Part shown: in pieces, positions 59,559-64,000 of the stretch
How positions within the stretch are numbered: position 1 is the stretch's first letter
How the letters are laid out: each line of letters begins with the position of its first letter
From: an uncultured Prevotellaceae bacterium
GTDB taxonomy: Bacteria; Bacteroidota; Bacteroidia; Bacteroidales; UBA3663
Length of the DNA: 64,000 bases
Direction: 5' to 3'
Assembly (NCBI GenBank): GCA_900319235.1
Contig: ONNR01000001.1
Location: 148,035-212,034, forward strand
The notes under the pieces: model-generated
What the model was told of the DNA's origin: nothing
Seen by the model: the letters and a program-made list of their open reading frames with translations, nothing else
Database searches by the model: none
Made by a program: the position numbers and the translations under genes

Positions 59559-60482
59559 TTACTCAGCCTTTTTGCAGGCGTCACACTCAGCCTTGTCGGC
59601 ACATTCAGCCTTTGCGGCGCACTCGGATTTGTCACCACATTGAGCTTTGCATTCTTCCTTGCCGCATGATTCGGGAGTGCAGGCTTCCTTCTGGCAACCT
59701 TCCATTCCGCAGGTTTCCTTCTCTCCGCAGTTGCCTTCATGCTTCTGGCAGCAACCAGCCTGAGCTGTACCGCCTTGGATGAAAGGAACATAACCGAGGA
59801 GAGACTCGTAGATCATAATGCCCACGTAGTCGGAAGTCTTTGTGGCTCCGGTGATGGCATCAACCTTTTCGCCACCATAGTTTGCGGGTTTGCCAGCCTT
59901 GGTAACAGATACAGAGGTGAATTTGCCATCAGTGAAGATGCTCTTACCAATAAATGCGTTAGCAAATGCAGGGTCGTCTTTAATCTTTGAGCCCAGACCT
60001 GCTGTTTCAGAGTCGTGGTCGAAGGATACGCCAGCAACCTTGCCTTCAGGATCAACCGACAGATAGCCCCAGATAGGCCCCCAAAGACCAGCGCCATACA
60101 TGCTCATGATGCGATAGGGGACACCGTTAATGTTTGCTACATAAACAGGAAGGGTTGCTTCAGGAATAATCTTACCTGCAGAGAAGAGGCTCTTGGAGGC
60201 GATGTCGAAAGCCTTGCCATCGACCTTCTCACCCTTGGTGTTGACGCAGAACATTGCATCATCCATCTTGAGTTCCTGCCAGAGGTCGGCAGCGTTCTCG
60301 AAGGTGACTTCCTTGCCAAGCTTGGAGGCTACAGACTGAAGAATCTGTTGCTTCTTCTCGTTATCTGTATTGGCTTTCTGCTTGTCCTTGAGGCCAAGGG
60401 AGGCGGCAGAAAGCAGGATGGCTACCAATACTGTCAAAACGGTAGCGTAGATGACAGTATAAACATTTGAATTACGATTCAT
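59559..60482 (-). CDS. nqrC: Na+-NQR subunit C with Cys-rich C-terminal extension
   Basis: GAGLWGPIWG, ETAGLG, DAITGAT FMN site; operon position. Confidence 0.93.
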   Translation of the reverse strand: MNRNSNVYTVIYATVLTVLVAILLSAASLGLKDKQKANTDNEKKQQILQSVASKLGKEVTFENAADLWQELKMDDAMFCVNTKGEKVDGKAFDIASKSLFSAGKIIPEATLPVYVANINGVPYRIMSMYGAGLWGPIWGYLSVDPEGKVAGVSFDHDSETAGLGSKIKDDPAFANAFIGKSIFTDGKFTSVSVTKAGKPANYGGEKVDAITGATKTSDYVGIMIYESLLGYVPFIQGGTAQAGCCQKHEGNCGEKETCGMEGCQKEACTPESCGKEECKAQCGDKSECAAKAECADKAECDACKKAE

Positions 60483-60486
60483 AGTC

Positions 60487-61659
60487 TTATGCATTTACGC
60501 GTTTTGCACGCTTTGAAATATTAGAGTTAACAACACAGTAATCGATGAGAGGAGCACAGGCATTACCGAGGAGGACAGCCATCATAGCGCCTTCGGGATA
60601 ACCAGTGTTGAACATACGAATCAGAATAGCCATTACACCAATAAACAGGCCGTAGATGTATTTGCCGGTATTGGTGCGGCAACCTGTTACAGGGTCAGTA
60701 GCCATGAAGACTGCAGCAAATGCAAAACCACCGAGGCAGAGCTGCTGAGCAACAGTAGGAGCGTTCTCGGAGAATGCTGCGATGATAGCTGACATGAGAG
60801 CACCACCCACGAAAACGGAGCACATGATTCGCCATGAGGCTACGCGTGTCACGAGGAGTAGGCAGGCGCCTAAAAGGATGGCCAGCGTCGATGTTTCTGC
60901 GATGGATCCGGGAATGCATCCGAGGAATGCATCCATTGTAGAATAGGTGACAGGATCGAATGTGCCATCGGCAACGGCTGCCAATGGAGTAGCACCCGAG
61001 AAGCCATCAACTACAGCTGTACCCTCGATTGGAGAGTTGCAGAGTGCTGAACCGGTGCGCACAAATACCTCGTCACCCGACATTGCTTTAGGATAAGCAA
61101 AGAACAGGAATGCACGAGTGATGAGCGCAGGGTTGAAGATGTTCATACCCGTACCACCGAAGATCTCCTTGGCAAAGATTACTGAGAAGGCAGTAGCCAC
61201 AGCAATCATCCAGAGAGGAGTGTTGACGGGGACGATCATTGGGATGAGCAGACCGGTGGCAAGGAAGCCTTCGGCCACTTCTTCACGCTTCATACATGCA
61301 ACGGCCATCTCGATGCCGAGACCAACTGCATAACTAACAACAACCTTGGGAAGGAAAGCCACAAGGCCATAGAGGAACTGCATGAACCAACCATCGTTGA
61401 TGCCGAGAGCCAGGTCGTGCTGATAACCAACGTTCCACATACCAACGAGAGCAGCAGGTACCAATGCGAGGATAACCATCATTATTACTCGCTTGGAGTC
61501 TACCGAGTCGTGAACCTGCACACCCTTACGAGCGGCAGTGTGACGAGGAACGAAGAGGAATGTATGGAAGCTGTCATAGATAGACCACAGCTTCTCATAC
61601 TTGCCGCCCTTTTGGAATAAGGGGTCAATCTTTTCGTTGATATAATCGTTCAGTTTCAT
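60487..61659 (-). CDS. nqrB: Na+-NQR subunit B
   Basis: KEIFGGTG-x-NIFNPA, DGFSGATP FMN site, MATDP, YPEG. Confidence 0.96.
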   Translation of the reverse strand: MKLNDYINEKIDPLFQKGGKYEKLWSIYDSFHTFLFVPRHTAARKGVQVHDSVDSKRVIMMVILALVPAALVGMWNVGYQHDLALGINDGWFMQFLYGLVAFLPKVVVSYAVGLGIEMAVACMKREEVAEGFLATGLLIPMIVPVNTPLWMIAVATAFSVIFAKEIFGGTGMNIFNPALITRAFLFFAYPKAMSGDEVFVRTGSALCNSPIEGTAVVDGFSGATPLAAVADGTFDPVTYSTMDAFLGCIPGSIAETSTLAILLGACLLLVTRVASWRIMCSVFVGGALMSAIIAAFSENAPTVAQQLCLGGFAFAAVFMATDPVTGCRTNTGKYIYGLFIGVMAILIRMFNTGYPEGAMMAVLLGNACAPLIDYCVVNSNISKRAKRVNA

Positions 61660-61686
61660 TGGACAGGATAATTTACAGTTTGACAA

Positions 61687-63042
61687 TTATTCCATCTCCT
61701 TGCGCAGCTTGACGAGACCGTCAGCGATAACCTGCTGAACAGGATTCTTCGAGACGTCAACAAACTCACAAAGAGCGAAGTCCTCAGGCAGTACCTCGTA
61801 AATGCCAAGCTGCTCCATCTTGTCGATGTCGTAGGCCAGGACAGCCTTGTAGAGGTGCTCTGGATAGATGTCCATTGGGAATACACGCTCCCAGTCACCG
61901 CTGACGATGAGGGCACGCGGACCACCCTTCAAGCGGGCATCGAGCTTCCACTTCTTGGACTTGAACAGGCCAAAGAGGCCAGCAAGACCGGTGTTGGAGG
62001 TGGAGTAACGATTCAAGCCAGGAGTAATCCATCCGAAAATCTCGTCGGTGGTGTCACCTTCGGGAATAACGGTAACGGTCTGTCCCTTGAAGTTAAGAGA
62101 ACCTGCAAGTCCGGTAGCGACGCCTGTCAGTACGTCACCATTGATGACACGCTGCTTGTACTCAACATGCTTCACCTTGCCATCAAGGATGTCTGCGAGA
62201 GAAGCACCTGCCTGTACCTTGGCGTATGCAGGGGCTACGATCTCAGAACCGGCAATGGTGATGATGCGCGAGAAGTCGCACTTGCCGTTGAGAATGCGGC
62301 CGATGACGATTACGTCTTGTGCGTTGGCAGTCCAAACGATCTCGCCTTTGTTGATGGGCTTGAAGTTGTTGATCTGAACGCCTACGTTACCAGCAGGGTG
62401 TGGACCTTCGACAGTCACCTTCTCGACGCCATTGACGGCGGGAATGGTGGTGCTTGCAGCAGCACCTACATAAACCTTGCCTTTGCTAAGCTTTGCAAGA
62501 GCAGCGAGACCAGTCTGGAAGTCGTTCTCCTGACCCTTGACAATGATGTCAAAGTTTGGTGCGAGGGGAGCGGTGTTGAGAGCGGTCACGAAGATGTCGC
62601 GTGGCTGCAGGGAAGGATTGGCGAGAACGCCGTAGGGACGCTGTGTGAGGAAAGGCCATACGCCACCATCGAGCATAGCTTGCTTGATCTCATCGACAGT
62701 TGCTGTCTTGGGATCAATGACAGGCAGTTTAGCACTGGTGCCCTTGCCATCGTTTGAAATGACGATGCCAAGCACTTTGCGTCGGTCACCACGAACGACC
62801 TCCTCAAGGACGCCGCTCACTGGGCTCACGAACTTAATCTCTGGATACTGTTTGTCATGGAAAACCTCGTCTCCAGCTTTAACAGCATCGCCGGCTTTGA
62901 GCACAATCTTAGGGGTACACATTACGATGTCGTCGGGAACGAGGGTGACCTTTTTGGCCTCCTTGACGTTCACAAACTTTTCTTCGGGCGTGCCCTCCAG
63001 GTTGATGTTCAAGCCTTTTTTGAGCTTAATAACATTTGCCAT
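61687..63042 (-). CDS. nqrA: Na+-NQR subunit A
   Basis: IKLKKGLNI, GPHPAGNVG, PEDFALCEFVDVSK. Confidence 0.96.
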   Translation of the reverse strand: MANVIKLKKGLNINLEGTPEEKFVNVKEAKKVTLVPDDIVMCTPKIVLKAGDAVKAGDEVFHDKQYPEIKFVSPVSGVLEEVVRGDRRKVLGIVISNDGKGTSAKLPVIDPKTATVDEIKQAMLDGGVWPFLTQRPYGVLANPSLQPRDIFVTALNTAPLAPNFDIIVKGQENDFQTGLAALAKLSKGKVYVGAAASTTIPAVNGVEKVTVEGPHPAGNVGVQINNFKPINKGEIVWTANAQDVIVIGRILNGKCDFSRIITIAGSEIVAPAYAKVQAGASLADILDGKVKHVEYKQRVINGDVLTGVATGLAGSLNFKGQTVTVIPEGDTTDEIFGWITPGLNRYSTSNTGLAGLFGLFKSKKWKLDARLKGGPRALIVSGDWERVFPMDIYPEHLYKAVLAYDIDKMEQLGIYEVLPEDFALCEFVDVSKNPVQQVIADGLVKLRKEME

Positions 63043-63095
63043 TAATAATAATGTTTATTGATTGTTGGTTGTGTTTTGCATTTATTATACGCGTG

Positions 63096-63103
63096 CAAAG
63101 TTA
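63096..63103 (-). promoter_or_regulatory. -7 promoter element for the nqr operon
   Basis: TAACTTTG(CA) on the minus strand. Confidence 0.65.
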
Positions 63104-63144
63104 GTGAAAAAATCTTAATTTCAAAAATGAATTGTCTTATTTGA

Positions 63145-63182
63145 ACAAAAGAACCCCACTGCAGAAAGGTTGCAGTGGGGTT
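63145..63182 (-). terminator. Intrinsic terminator after the SDR gene
   Basis: aaccccactgca...tgcagtggggtt with a T-rich tract on the minus strand. Confidence 0.8.
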
Positions 63183-63211
63183 TGATACTTAAAGTTGTCA
63201 AAAAAGATTCA

Positions 63212-64000
63212 TTAAGGCTGTTTGCCAATGTAAGCAAGAATACCTCCATCGACATAAAGGATGTGGCCGTTGACTGCATCGGAAGCATGGGATGCAAGGA
63301 ATACAGCGGGGCCACCGAGCTCCTCTGGATTGAGCCAACGTCCGGCTGGAGTCTTGGCACAGATGAAGCTGTCGAAGGGGTGACGGCTACCATCGGGCTG
63401 ACGCTCGCGGAGAGGTGCGGTCTGTGGAGTTGCGATGTAACCTGGGCCAATGCCGTTGCACTGGATATTGTACTCGCCGTACTCTGAGCAGATGTTGCGG
63501 GTGAGCATCTTCAGACCACCCTTTGCTGCTGCGTATGCACTTACGGTCTCGCGGCCGAGCTCTGACATCATTGAGCAGATGTTGATGATCTTGCCCTCGC
63601 GACGTTCCATCATCTCAGGGATGACAGCAGCTGCTACAATGTAAGGAGCAACTAAGTCAACGTCGATGACTGCCTGGAACTCGCTTCGCTTCATTTCGTG
63701 CATAGGGATACGCTTGATGATGCCTGCGTTATTGACGAGGATATCAATCTGGCCAACTTCTTCGTGGATCTTTTTAACGAGTTCGCCCACAGCAACCTCA
63801 TCAGTAACGTTGCAAACATAACCTTTGACATTGGTGATGCCAGCCTCCTTGTAGTTGTTCAGGCCACGCTCAAGGGCAGCTTCGTTGATGTCGTTGAAAA
63901 TAATGGTCTTCACGCCTGCGGCAACGAATGCCTTGGCAATGTTAAAACCGATACCGTAAGACGCGCCGGTGATCCAGGCGTTTTTGCCTTCAAGAGAAAA
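63212..64000 (-). CDS. Gluconate 5-dehydrogenase / KduD-like SDR, start lies beyond the window
   Basis: Frame is open to the window edge (FSLEGKNAWITGASYGIG); NNAG, YAAAK, CNGIGPGY, VDGG. Confidence 0.9.
   Translation of the reverse strand, partial: FSLEGKNAWITGASYGIGFNIAKAFVAAGVKTIIFNDINEAALERGLNNYKEAGITNVKGYVCNVTDEVAVGELVKKIHEEVGQIDILVNNAGIIKRIPMHEMKRSEFQAVIDVDLVAPYIVAAAVIPEMMERREGKIINICSMMSELGRETVSAYAAAKGGLKMLTRNICSEYGEYNIQCNGIGPGYIATPQTAPLRERQPDGSRHPFDSFICAKTPAGRWLNPEELGGPAVFLASHASDAVNGHILYVDGGILAYIGKQP

Overview
Core-genome segment of a Bacteroidales (Prevotella/Bacteroides-like, probably gut or rumen) chromosome, judged from gene families and repeated TAnnTTTG -7 promoters. It holds about 53 genes: the end of a polysaccharide export locus, proC, aroE, aroB, pth, rplY, ilvE, ruvC, dnaA, cdd, uvrA, carB, asnA, coaD, parE, a complete nqrA-F operon, pectin enzymes, a GH13/GH5/GH9 cluster and a MoxR-type ATPase/vWA module. 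I saw no CRISPR-Cas, rRNA, tRNA, transposase or prophage genes. The most unusual feature is an array of 13 palindromic 42-bp units (27491-28036) just downstream of dnaA. It sits where codon-level strand bias appears by eye to flip, i.e. at the inferred replication origin. Also notable: several families of dispersed REP/MITE-like intergenic repeats, a structured rplY leader, and a Cys-rich tail on NqrC. All calls are by eye, without database searches.
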